Origin: Eledone cirrhosa | Taxonomy: Eukaryota | Assembly: GCA_964016885.1 (NCBI GenBank) | Contig: OZ024740.1 | Span: 383,718,001 to 383,782,000, forward strand | DNA length: 64,000 nucleotides | Reading direction: 5' to 3' | In this document: piece after piece, positions 13,661 through 26,033 of the stretch | How the letters are laid out: every line of letters starts with the position of its first letter | Position numbering within the stretch: the first letter of the stretch is position 1 | Program-made: the position numbers and the translations under genes | The notes under the pieces: model-generated | Database searches by the model: none | Told to the model about the DNA's origin: nothing | The model's input: the letters and a program-made list of their open reading frames with translations, nothing else

Positions 13661-15269
13661 ATATTTATATTAACAAACAATCGCATCACAGAAGTTAGAA
13701 TATATTTAAACGATAATGTTGGGTAAGAAAACACCCATATGATGTTAATAGAAGCATCCCTATTAACCAGGAAGTAATTCTTCCATTGAGACTTTCGTGA
13801 GAATAACTAAAATATTAGCTAATATTATTCCAGAAGTAAGTCGCAGTTTCTTGAAGGTGAACAGAATCGCTTGTATCTTCATTCTGCTTTTATGACTGGT
13901 ATATATTACTATACAAGGTGCACTGTTCAATATATGTAGCGGGCGAGTAAATCACAAACAGTGGCAACCATCCATTTCAGCATTTTTGTTCTTGAAATAT
14001 TGCCACGTGTTTCTATTTTTTTATCGATCTTGTGCCAGGATTGATTATAGAGCTTTAATTGCAAAAACTTAGATATAATAAATGCAAACATTTTAGCTGC
14101 CTTTGAACTTCTAAATAAGGACCAACAAGCACCAAATGACCACTGTTTCATTCACCTATTTTCACTGTTTACTCTATTGTACATAAATCCCAACATGTAA
14201 ATTCGAATGTGGCAAATCTGCGATTGAATCAAAGTAATTATCTCCGTTCATTTCGATCCAGTAATCCTCTTTTGCTATGATAACTGAAAATATTACTCCC
14301 CTATCTCATTGCGTTATCACGCCTTTCTAACTATTGCATGTTCTAAATTACCCAATAGAATTATATTTAGAGGTTTTGCGAGATCCGTAACAAATAAGGA
14401 TCAAAGAAAGTAGTTAATTGCTGTGACTCGTCATTGGAAACCAACTCACAGTTTTCAGTTCCCAGTTCATCGACTACAAGCGTATATGCTCGCATGTTCA
14501 CATACTTTTCTGGGATTTAGATTTATGTGTGAACCGAACTAAACCTGATGCCTTCTGCTCATCCATTGCATATTATTGATAAGCTGAGTATTTTGACTTG
14601 CTCATTATTTCGTATCTGATTGAGAGAAATGTGCACCATCAGGTAAAAGGCAACCTCCCAGTGAAAACATCATAGTACTTGTTTCTTATTCCTAGGTGTA
14701 TATATTTAATTTATTACACTAATGTTATAGGAAAGGCATACAAGCTGCAATTCCAAAGCTTAGCCTTCGAAACTGAATAGATATTAATAGATGCTTCTGA
14801 TCACAGAATGCAACGAATTCTATTCAAATAGAATGTGATATGAGATAATATATGGATATATTTTCATTTTTCTTTGTAATACAGATTAGTATTAAATATT
14901 GTCAGATTCTACAATGCTAGTTTTAATATTCGTAGGCTATCCTCTAAATAGTTTAAGACATGTGCGTTTTCTTCTGAACCCGCTGTCAATATATTCATCC
15001 AATTTTGAACTATGTAATTCTAGATATTGACGTTTGAATTGCAATTTCTACACCCGCTTTCATGATTCATGAACGTTACTATTAGCATCGTGTTTTTTAT
15101 TTTTATTTTTTTTATTAAATCTAGCTGTTCCTTTTAAGTGCGATGGATATTACCAACAGCGTTCTTTAAATCTTAAAAAAAAGATTAGAAATTGGATGAT
15201 ATTTCTTATTATTCTGGATACAGGCATATGCATGTATTTATAAGCAATGATTTCATGCCAATATAAACT

Positions 15270-15292
15270 CCCGCTCATGCGGGTGAACTAGT
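15270..15292 (+). mobile_element. Helitron-like 3' terminus
   Basis: cccgc-tcat-gcggg hairpin, then tgaa and CTAG|T. Confidence 0.4.
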
Positions 15293-16172
15293 TTTCTTCA
15301 AATCTTCTTTTTCCAAAGAAAGGTACTACAATATCATAGAAAATACAATTATTGTGTTTAAGATATCCATATTAGTGATGAATGCTGTGCTTCCACAGCT
15401 GCAACATGTGGAAATAAAAACCACGAAAGAGCACTATTTCACCGAAATTATACCTTTGTGAGGGTTTTCCAATAGAGAACTTTTATATATATGGAACTTT
15501 CTTAACACCTAAGCCCTCCTCATAAACATTGTGTCCCTCATCTAACATAAAATATTGGATCAAGAGGATATGATTTATTTTGACTGTTTATAATTATGCA
15601 TGCAATATTACCATTGTGTTTGCGGCTGAAAATATGATTATTTTGATTTTAAAATAATCACTTTCCATTCATCTATTCAATGATTTAAGTTTTGATTTTA
15701 TTGATTTTATTTCGATCTTTTCATTAATTAAAATTAATCAAAAGTTTAACAGACTTACATACAGAAACGCATATAAACATAGATCCACGTGCACACATGA
15801 ACTCATAACGAACTAGGTAATCATACGGATAAATGCCTGAAACTAATATCTCTGGACACAAATATGCATGTTTCCTTCAATTAATCTATGTAATCGCTCA
15901 AAAGACTGCTGGACTAGTTTTATCTATTTTTAATATGATACTGCATAGAAGTAAGCATTTTTACATTTTCCGCATATTTACCGCTATAATTGGTGATAAA
16001 ATGGTTTTTATATTTAGAAACTTTAAAGAAAATTATCAGTTACCTGATCGATGTATGATTCGTATCTTCATCCACACTCGATACAGTTTTCTGAGCCACA
16101 AGTTTCGATGCCAATGTATATGAATACTTATGCGTCTCTCTCTCGCACTCTCTCTCTAAATATATATATATA

Positions 16173-18538
16173 TATTTCGTTTCTGAATTTGTTTAGCAAG
16201 ATTCTTTATCTGAAAACGTGTGTTGAAAACGATATTGTTATACTTTGGGAGGGTCATGTTGCCAATAAGAAACACACACACCAGTTGCTTTCACTCCAAT
16301 TTATTATAAATAAAAAAATTTTCTCAAAGTTCTTTCGACACACTTTCTGTGACCTCTTCAGTGACTGGGGATTATTTTCTTTGTTTTGTGCCTCTCCTTT
16401 GTTCTGTCCTACGCCATCTTGTTTTTGTGTGTGTTGTGTGCTTAGTTTGCGCATGTGTTATATCCTGGTGTCTGTGTGTCTTTTTATTTGTTTATTTATA
16501 TGTTACTGGTTGGTTGTTTTTTCTATGTGTGTGTGTTTTCATTTTGTTCTTAATTGTAAGTTGTGATGTTGCTATTCCATTCATGATTTCTATTTAATTT
16601 TGGTTGGAGTTCATTTATGTTTATTGCGTCTGTGATTTGTCTAAACATTGCGTCTTTTCTGTGTGTAGATTTTATTTTTATTTCTATGTTCTCTAATTTG
16701 CCCTTATGATCCATTTTAGCGTGTTGGTGGAGTATTGATGATTCTTTTCTATCTTGAAGTTCTCGCCAGTGTTCATTTAACCGTTCTCCTATACTACGAG
16801 CTGTCTCACCTATGTACACTATATTCTTATATTTACATTGTCCTTCAGTTCATCTTATGCTATATACTACATTTTTAGTTTTACAGTTAATAAGAGGGCT
16901 ATGTTTACAGATTATGCATTACTTATCTATACAGGGAGGTCCTTGAAAAGGGTATGTATTACTAATAAGTGTTTTTATGGAGGTACCTTAGTATTTCTAC
17001 TATCTTAATATTAAGTTTAAGTTTATCTAGGGCCCTTCTAAATTTGTAAGCTAATTCACCTCTAGGGGTTGTATTGATGAACATTACACTCAGGTATTTA
17101 TTGCTATCATACCATGAGTTCATTCTATTAACCTTATTCCTAGTTCTCTCTATTCTATTCCAAAATTTGCTCCTATACAAGGGGCATATCCCATTTGTAT
17201 CATTGTTTATCATGTTTTCCCATTTTGTTCTGGCAACTCTATATACTCTTATTTTATCTCTCTGATTGTAACCAAAGAACTGCATACGGTGGATGAAGTG
17301 TTGTATGTGTCTCTCTAGTTCTTTGGGGTTGCACACGCGGGTCACGTTTCTCATCACCCGTACTAAATCCACAATCAGTATGGTGACTTTGGTGTGATCG
17401 GAAACAGCTGAGATTCGGTTGATCAGATATTTGGAAGTCGTGGGTTTGGCATAATGGGAATGGACGATTTGTGTTTTGTTATTAATGGTTTCTAACCAGA
17501 GCTCTGTGTCTAGTACAGGTAATCGATAGTTGGGGTGTTTGCTTGGGTAGTCTATTGTAAGTGTAATACTCTGGTGGATGGGGTTAGCTATTTGCTGGAT
17601 GCTTTCCATGTTGTTTTTCTCTAATTCCTGGCTGTTCTCTAGTGGGGTGTTTTTACTACGATATTTATATCATCAACGTAGCGAGAGTACATTATCAGGT
17701 TAAGAGGTTGCTGTCTTCTAATCGTTCTTTAAGTTTATTGTCCCACCATACCATGAATAGGTTAGCTATGTCACCTGCAATGCTAACACCAATGGCTGCA
17801 CCCTCCTCTTGGGCATATGTTTTTCCATTAAATTTGAACATATGTTCCTCAAGGGTTAGTTTTATACTGGCCCCCACCACATGTACAATCATTTTCTTTA
17901 GTTCATCGAGGTTTTCGGAGGTCCGTATGGCTCTGGTGCACCCGTTCCATCTTTCTGTGTGGGTTTTCTTGGCCATTGAGGTAATGGTAGGTGGTCTGCC
18001 TCTTGCTGGTCTTGTGGGACAGAGGTTGCTAAGGTCGAAATGAACACTGGCGAGAGCTTCAAGATAGAAAAGAATCATCATTATTCCACCAACATTAAAT
18101 AGAAAACATGAATAGAATAGCAACATCACAACTTACAATTAAGGACAACATGAAAACACACCCACATAGAACAAACAACCAACCAGTAACATGTAAATAA
18201 ACAAATAAAAATACACACATACACCCGGATGTAACACATGCGCAAACTAAGCACACAGAACACACACAAACAAGATGGCGTAGAACAGAACAAAGGAGAG
18301 GCACAAAACAAAGAAAATACTCCCAATCACTGAAGAGGTCACAGAAAGTGTGTCGAAAGAACTTTGACAATATATGAACAACTCTCCGGTTGTGGAACCA
18401 ACCAACGGAAAATTTATAAATTACAAAAAATAAAAGATTTTAAGAACATTTTTTTGAAAAAAAAAATTAATGTATAATAAATTGGAGTGAAAGTTACTGG
18501 TGCGTGTGTTTCTTATTGGCAACATGACCCTCCCAAAG

Positions 18539-18543
<5 letters not shown>
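16173..18543. mobile_element. Second, more diverged PLE of the same family: minus arm 16173-~18033 plus short plus arm ~18038-18543
   Basis: ORFs 16550-16819 (YIGETAR), 16962-17609 and 17695-18129 match the 3868-10613 element. The plus arm is the EN tail and 3' UTR with an internal deletion near 18095. Decayed HHRs near 16325-16366 (-) and 18325-18368 (+). (TA)n on both sides. Confidence 0.92.
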
Positions 18544-18602
<59 letters not shown>

Positions 18603-18628
18603 TTTATATATATATATATATATATAAA

Positions 18629-18672
<44 letters not shown>

Positions 18673-18761
18673 TTTATATATATGCATATATATATATAGA
18701 GAGAGAGAGAGAATAAGGAAAAGCGAAGTAGTCTCAGATGTTCAAGTCCTTTAATAATAAT

Positions 18762-18835
18762 GCTGTGATATATATTTCAATGGCGACACTGGCCACACTG
18801 TTCTGTGTGCGAGTGTCGTGACATCATCAGACAGC
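18762..18835 (-). ncRNA. Type-I hammerhead ribozyme (inverted copy of 20275-20348)
   Basis: gctgt-CTGATGA...cgacact/agtgtcg...GAAA-tatata-TC-acagc on the minus strand. Confidence 0.75.
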
Positions 18836-20274
18836 TTGTTACAACATAAGGTTATGTTTCCGAGGCAATCCAAATTGAATCGACATGGGAACGGATGAAA
18901 TGCGTGCTTTTGGGTTTCTCACCCGTTCCTCTGTGAGTACCAATTCACCCCCACCGGTCTGCGCATGTGCATGTCCAATGGAAGTTGACCATTAGCTACC
19001 GCAGATTTCAACGAAATTCGCTTAGTCAGTTCACCCTCTCAGCCACACAATGGCCCATACCATAGTTTACTGCTACCAATCTCGACTGTGGTAGTCAGTC
19101 GAAAGCCAGAAGGGATGAGAGAGTGTTAGTTTTTACAGGTCATAATACTACCTCTCACCTAGCGTGGACAGTACGACTGACCATCAAATCTAAAGGGAAA
19201 ATAAACTTAATTCTAGGTATCATGATTTTACATTGTAAGTTAAGAGTGAGAGTTGGAAATAAAAATTAAAGTCCTAAATCAAGTATCAGAAATTATAAAT
19301 TAAACAACTAAAAAATTAACAATTAGAAATTAAAAGTCATAGAGCGCTCAACAAATTGTAGCTAAATTATTAGTTTAAACATTGATGCAATTCAATTCAA
19401 GCACTCAACGTACTTTTTCCACATAGGAGTGACGCAGTAAATATCGAATAAGGATATATGAATATATGTACTCTGTGTTTTTTACATTTATTCATTATTG
19501 GTTCTTTTCTTTTATGTCTGTTTTTCTTTGGTATTGTTCCATGTGATGGAAATTATGACTGTGTACCAGATTGACTAATGCCTTGAATACTGTAGCTTAC
19601 CTTCCGTTCTAATGTACGGCACTGTCGTTCAATAAGTGGATAGAGTAACTGTGACACTAGAACCCCTCTCAGAACTTCTTACTTAAACAGCTCTCTCCAT
19701 ATTATTTACTCACTTCAATCTATATTTTTTTACTCACCTCAATCCGAATTCTCACTTGCCAAAAAATTTTTTAACTTTTAATTTCTAATTGTTAATTTTT
19801 TAATTGTTTAATTTATAATTTCTGATACTTGATTTAGGACTTTAATTTTTATTTCCAACTCTCACTCTTAACTTACAATGTAAAACCATGATACCTAGAA
19901 TTAAGTTCATTTCCCCTTTGAGTTGATGCTCAGTCGTACTGTCCACGCTAGGTGAGAGGTAGTAATATGACCTGTAAAAACTAACACTCTCCCATCCCCT
20001 CTGGCTTTCGACTGACTACCACAGTCGAGATGGGTAGCAGTAAACTATGGTATGGGCCATTGTGTGGCTGAGAGGGTGAACTGACTAAGCGAATTTCGTT
20101 GAAATCTGCGGTAGCTAATGGTCAACTTCCATCGGACATGCGCATGCGCAGACCGGTGGGGGTGAATTGGTACTCACAGGGGAACGGGTGAGAAACCCAA
20201 AAGCACGCATTTCATCCGTTCCCATGTCGATTCAATTTGGATTGACTCGGAAACATAACCTTATTATGTAACAA

Positions 20275-20348
20275 GCTGTCTGATGATGTCACGACACTTG
20301 CACACAGAACAGTGTGGCCAGTGTCGCCATTGAAATATATATCACAGC
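20275..20348 (+). ncRNA. Type-I hammerhead ribozyme variant
   Basis: Helix I gctgt/acagc, CTGATGA 20280-20286, helix II with a cgacact/agtgtcg stem, GAAA 20332-20335, palindromic ATATATAT helix III. Predicted cut after C20343. Confidence 0.75.
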
Positions 20349-20366
20349 ATTATTATTAAAGGACTT

Positions 20367-20444
20367 TCATCCTTACGGGGTCGATAAAATAAAGTACCAG
20401 TAATGCACTGGGTAATTGCTGGCCTTGTGCCTAAAGTAGAAACA
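20367..20444 (+). mobile_element. 5'-truncated SINE with an 18-bp target-site duplication
   Basis: Core gtcgataaaataaagtaccag shared with 27845-28065. TSD attattattaaa(g/a)gactt at 20349-20366 and 20445-20462. Absent from the left arm. Confidence 0.85.
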
Positions 20445-20570
20445 ATTATTATTAAAAGACTTGAACATCTGAAACTACTTCGCTTTTCCTTATTCGATAT
20501 TTACTCCGTCAATCCTATGTGGAAAAAGTACGTTGAGTACTTGAATTGAATTGCACGCAATGTTTAACTT

Positions 20571-20620
<50 letters not shown>

Positions 20621-20625
<5 letters not shown>

Positions 20626-21393
20626 AATTAAAATGAAGAAAGGGTAACCGATCATCAGTGATCTACTAGTCATCATAGGTATTTCTTCCCACTAAAGACC
20701 AGATAGCTCAGGCTAGCGCGAACAATAACTAAAATAAGTTATTGGGGTAAAAAGAATTGGGTGGCGAAAGAGAGACAGGTAAACAAACATGAATGGTGAG
20801 GCAACGTAAAGAGAGGAAAAAATGAGAAAATCAAGTCAATGATTCTTTTGAACATAAGAACTTGCGAATATTGATGAGAAGACGAGAGACACATCCCAAC
20901 CATGCGATAGTAAGCGGGGAAAGAATTATGCACTGTGTGGGAGAATGGAGGAAGTGAGAGAGAGGGTGAGTAGCAGAGAGTGAGTGAGTGAAAGTGTGAG
21001 GAAGAGGCTAGCCGAGAGAGGGTGACTAGCAGAGGGGGTGAATGAAAGTAAGAGGGAGAAGGAGCGAGAAGGGGGAGAGAGAAAGAGGATAGCAGTAAGG
21101 GAAGAGTAAAAGACAGGTCACAGCGACGGGGAAAGCATATAGGAATGAAAAATGGCGTGCTGTGTTGTTGCAAATGTGATATACAAGTCTCTCTTTCGCC
21201 ACCCGATTCTTTTTATCTCAATAACTTATTTTAGTTATTGTTCGCGCTAGCCTGAGTTATCTGGCCTTTAATGCGAAGAAATACCTATGATGGCTAGTAG
21301 ATCACTGATGATGGATAGTCCTATTTCTAATTCTTCATTTTAATTTGTATATCACATATGCAACAACACAGCACGCCATTTTTCATTCCTATA
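20621..21393. mobile_element. Non-coding foldback element with a ~560-bp permuted unit and a truncated HHR core
   Basis: 21187-21350 is the reverse complement of 20621-20776, and 21350-21393 of 21139-21183. gatca-CTGATGA-tgg near 21300-21314 has no downstream GAAA. (TA)n flanks. Confidence 0.8.
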
Positions 21394-21455
21394 TAAATAT
21401 ATATAGATATTAATATATTAATATATATATATATATATATATATACGATATTAAC

Positions 21456-21753
21456 AAATGGAAACTATATTTATAAAACCATATTTATTTTATTATACAT
21501 ATTTCAAGGACACCACGTTACATTATGGTATGCTTTCATCATACAAAATACAATATAGATCAGTTTTATAAATAAATATTGACATACCCTTAAAAAATGC
21601 AACCATTACTGTTGGAAGCATTAGAAATGGCAGCCGGTAAAAACTTAAAACTAAAACTGAATACTAACCAATACTTATTACTAATTTATACTTATTCCTA
21701 ATTAAACTATTTTTCACTGGGAAAGGTTTGTTAGCATTTCCTTTTCCTTTTTA

Positions 21754-21757
<4 letters not shown>
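21456..21757. repeat. Diverged fragment related to both 25255-25697 (decayed minus-strand HHR) and 22044-22433
   Basis: atggaaactatatttataaaaccatattt is shared with 25272. aaaactgaatactaaccaatact and cctaattaaactatttttcactg are shared with 22330-22393. Confidence 0.7.
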
Positions 21758-21804
<47 letters not shown>

Positions 21805-21948
21805 ATGTATGTATGTATGTATCTATGTATGTATGTATGTATGTATATATGTATGTATGTATATATATATGTATGTATGTATGTATGTATATATGTATAT
21901 ATGCATATATATATTTATATATGCATATATATACATATATATATATAC

Positions 21949-21979
<31 letters not shown>

Positions 21980-22043
21980 AATATATATGTATGTATATAT
22001 ATATATATATTTAAAAGAATAGAGGTGTAACACACAAGTTATG

Positions 22044-22426
22044 ATATATTGGTAAAGGGAATAGAAAATGCTGACAAATTGTTCACAGTGAAAAATAGTT
22101 TAATTAGGAATAAGTGAGAATTAGGAATAGTATTGGTTAGTATTCAGTTTTGGTTTTTAGTTTTACCGGTTGCGTATTTCTAATGCTTTTCAAAAATAAT
22201 TTTGAGATAGAGCGTCCGTGATGTTTGCTCTGATCCGAGAACAGATCAGAGCAAACATCACGGACGCTCTATCTCAAACTTATTTTTGAAAAGTATTAGA
22301 AATGCGCAACCGGTGAAACTAAAAACCAAAACTGAATACTAACCAATACTATTCCTAATTCTCACTTATTCCTAATTAAACTATTTTTCACTGTGAACAA
22401 TTTGTCAGCATTTTCTATTCCGTTTA

Positions 22427-22433
<7 letters not shown>
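22044..22433. repeat. Near-perfect palindrome (~190-bp arms, 8-nt loop) next to (TA)n
   Basis: ...gctctgatc [cgagaaca 22236-22243] gatcagagc...; the arms match out to tattggtaaa/tttaccaata. Confidence 0.92.
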
Positions 22434-22509
<76 letters not shown>

Positions 22510-22656
22510 ATGTGGAAGTGGTAATACAACAGTTAGTTCAGAATACCGAGAACAATTGTTTCACCTTAGCAGACTGTAATGCTCGTAATGCAGTCCCATG
22601 GACTGCATGTTCTACACTACGGATATTACCTCCCAGTGTTCTACCTCTCTCTCTGG

Positions 22657-22774
<118 letters not shown>

Positions 22775-22878
22775 TTATATATATATGCATATATGTATGT
22801 ATATTTATATATATATATATATATATTTTTATATATATATGCATATATGTATGTATATTTATATACATATTTATAAAT

Positions 22879-25220
22879 ATATATGCCTTTGTTAAAATAT
22901 AGGTTCTTTGGAATAACATTTTTCGCGGCGTTTTCTAGCATGACTGTAGTGTGACCCTTACGCTGACTTTTCTTCTTCCTTTCCTTCTTTCTTCTCTTTC
23001 GTTATTCTCTGGCGGAGAGATGGTAGTACATTATAAGCCTTCACCCCTTCACCAGATGGTCATTAGTAGACCGAGTTGCCATCACTTGAGGGAGACTGGC
23101 CGAGGTGAAAGCAGCTTTGGTCTGTGGTCCTTTCTGTTTCTGATTTTCGGACCCATGGATTTTATATATTCCTTTGTTATATTTCGAATAACTGATGATA
23201 TCACCGGATTTATACGGAACCCGGTCATTGAAATGATTATAGTATAATAAACTTTTCAAGGATTTACACCACTCCAGCCTCCTATTATTTTATTTATAAT
23301 AATTAACTCCGTATTAGCACCACCAACTGCATAAACGAAAACGGGTGAACTGCACTACGTTGAGTACGCTCCATAATATTACATCAAGATTGACCATACG
23401 GAATGACGAATTCTATCCTGTGGTGAACCAACAAACCTAAATAAATAATGCTCCAATAATTTTGAGCACTTTCAGATGTAATATTGAACAGCGGCACTGA
23501 CTTCAGTGTACAGCTATTGCCAGCATGGGATTAACTGATCTACTTACCAATTCGGATTTTGGCTGCTCTGTGCTTTGTCTACTGCCCACCCTATCCAATG
23601 CTGCTTCCTGTCGGGAATATTCAGATTTCGACAAAATTCTACGTATTATACTTAAGCAGGAATTGTATTGACTGAATTCTCTACTCTATACCTCAGGACA
23701 TTTTGTGACTCACACTGAATTCGGAGACCCGAACTTTACACTAGGTACCACCTGATACCATTCCATCTCTTCCATCCTCTATATCTAGATGTATAACCTT
23801 GTATTATCTTACTGCAACTTGATGTATTCTGTATTTCCCCTTTGCTTTGATTCCTCCGATATGTTCTTATATATTTCCGTCTTACTACATCACTACCCTA
23901 GCTATGACGGCGTTTTATTTATGTATTTTACTATTTACTTTTTTCTTTATTAATATATTTTTTATTTTTGATTTTTGATATTTGTATTTTTATTTATTTG
24001 TAATTTTCTGCTTATTATTCCTTACTAAGGTCATTATGAACCATTCATAGCTCCCTACCCACCAAAGAACCACACTACTTATAACCCGGACTAACTGGGA
24101 CTTAAAAATAATTATAGTCTATTGGCTCTTTTTATTGGGTTTTACCACTTTCGACTGATCGGGCGATCGGAAAGTTCAGCCTTCCTTGAGTTCTTGGAAA
24201 AATAAATTTCCCCTCTTTCGGTAAACGAAACTACTCGGAGCGGATCGATTTGCCCCGGGGCGCGCCGCACCGCCTGTTTTGACCGCCATATTATACTTAT
24301 ACCTACACACTCTAGGCTTAAGCATAACTGTTAGGTGTATCATACCTCCCTCTACTGGCACGTAAATAAACCCCTCCTGTGTGAATTAATAGTATTTGTT
24401 TGGTATAGTCGATGGCCTGTAGAAGCTGGTAGACTTCTCGCCAGCACACCCGAAGCCTATGGCAGTTGCGTTCCTAGAGTACTCGGAAAAAATTATTTCC
24501 ATTTCTTTCGCTAGACGATACCACTCGAAACTGGCTGACACGTGGTTAGGAGGTGCTGGCTGGGTTTTACAATCGAAGGCTTTTATCTTTACTCTATATC
24601 CCACCTTGATAACTTATCGAGATTCCCTATAATACACTTAAACTTTTTCATATAAGACTCTCCCTGCAATTTCATTAAATAAATCTCGCAACCTAAACCT
24701 TTAATTTTCTATTAATTTTCTAATAATTTAATTTCATCCTATAACTCTTAACATAAGTTAATGTTCCAATTTTCTGTTAATACATTAGACCATACAGACA
24801 CCCATATATATGCCTTTGTTAATATATAGGTTCTTTGGAATAACATTTTTCGCGGCGTTTTCTAGCATGACTGTAGTGTGACCCTTACGCTAACTTTTCT
24901 TCTTTGTTTCTTTCTTTCTTCTCTTTTTTTATTCTCTGACGGAGAGGTGGTAGTACATTATAAGCCTTCGCCCCATCACAATATGGTCATTAGTAGACCG
25001 AGTTGCCATCACTTGAGGGCGACTAACCGAATTGAAAGCAGCTAGTTGGTCAGTCGTCTTCTCTGTCTCTGATTTTCGGACCCATGGATTTTATATATTC
25101 CTTTGTTATATTTCCGATGATATCACCGGATTCATACGGAACCCAGTCATTGAAATGATCATTGTATAATAACATTTTCAAGGATTTACACCACTGCAGC
25201 TTCCTGTTAGTTTATTTATA

Positions 25221-25223
<3 letters not shown>
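22879..25223 (+). mobile_element. Element with ~420-bp direct repeats (pLTR-like, HHR-like core) around a 1.5-kb interior with no recognisable ORF
   Basis: 22879-23302 matches 24806-25223. CTGATGA-tatc-accgg...ccggt-catt-GAAA at 23192-23233; the second copy has CCGATGA at 25114 and palindromic ATGATCAT after GAA. (TA)n-type flanks. Confidence 0.75.
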
Positions 25224-25254
<31 letters not shown>

Positions 25255-25255
<1 letters not shown>

Positions 25256-25697
25256 CAATGTTATTAAATCAATGGAAACTATATTTATAAAACCATATTT
25301 ATTCTAGTATATATATTTCAATGGTACCAAACCTTTAGTACGCCCTCATCAGATAAAATCCAAAGTTTCTTTTATAAATATTGACAGAACCAGGAAGAAG
25401 ATCTTAACAGTTCAAGTTTTTCCTAGATAGTCCAGGTAAAACTTGAACCGTTAAGATCTTCTTCCTGGATATATCAATATTTATAAAACAAATTTTGTAT
25501 TCGATCTGATGAGAGCGTACCAAAGTTTTGGTACCCTTGAAATATATATAATAGAATAAATATGGTTTAATAAATATAGTTTCCATTTATTTAATATCAT
25601 TGGACATTATACTCCAGAAAACTTGTCGAGTGCTTCGAATCAGTTATAAACATTTATATTTGTTGAATTACCAACAAATTAAATATCCCTTTTGCTT
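25255..25697. mobile_element. Foldback element centred at ~25429, with an HHR in each arm
   Basis: Arms ~25262-25427 and 25431-25594; the right arm extends about 100 bp further. (TA)n flanks. Confidence 0.85.
25498..25558 (+). ncRNA. Type-I hammerhead ribozyme
   Basis: tattcgat-CTGATGA-gagc-gtaccaa(agtt)ttggtac-cctt-GAAA-tatata-TA-atagaata. Helix I pairs 7 of 8. More degenerate minus-strand copy at ~25300-25360. Confidence 0.75.
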
Positions 25698-25719
25698 ATA
25701 TATAAGCATATTTATATGC

Positions 25720-25754
<35 letters not shown>

Positions 25755-25795
25755 GATACTCCCCCCCCCCATACACACATATATATATATATATA

Positions 25796-25982
25796 TGAAA
25801 ATGTTTAACCCAGACGGCAGAGCTCAAGCCGTTTCGACGGCTATTTCCAGAAATAGCTGTCGAGACGCCTTGAGCTCTGCAGTTGGGGTTAAACATTTTT
25901 CTATTACCCACTCTACTAGCCTAAGTATTGCGTACTCTGATGCGTTATGGTCCATCTGGTTCCTTACCACACCTCCTTCGTT

Positions 25983-25985
<3 letters not shown>
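25796..25985. repeat. Short hairpin element in (TA)n; relative at 63340-63520
   Basis: aaatgtttaaccc...gggttaaacattt arms of about 50 bp around 25849. Downstream tactctgatgcgttatggtcca is shared with 63480. Confidence 0.7.

Positions 25986-26033
<48 letters not shown>

Larger units (their letters stand above)
18711..20576. mobile_element. Non-coding foldback element with a ~735-bp unit and an HHR in each arm
   Basis: 18711-19337 is the reverse complement of 19774-20495. 19367-19454 is the reverse complement of 20487-20576. (TA)n/(GA)n on the left and (TA)n on the right. Confidence 0.88.

Noticed and set aside
14450-14900. Possible Helitron Rep motif remnants
   Set aside because: The similarity is too weak to support by eye.
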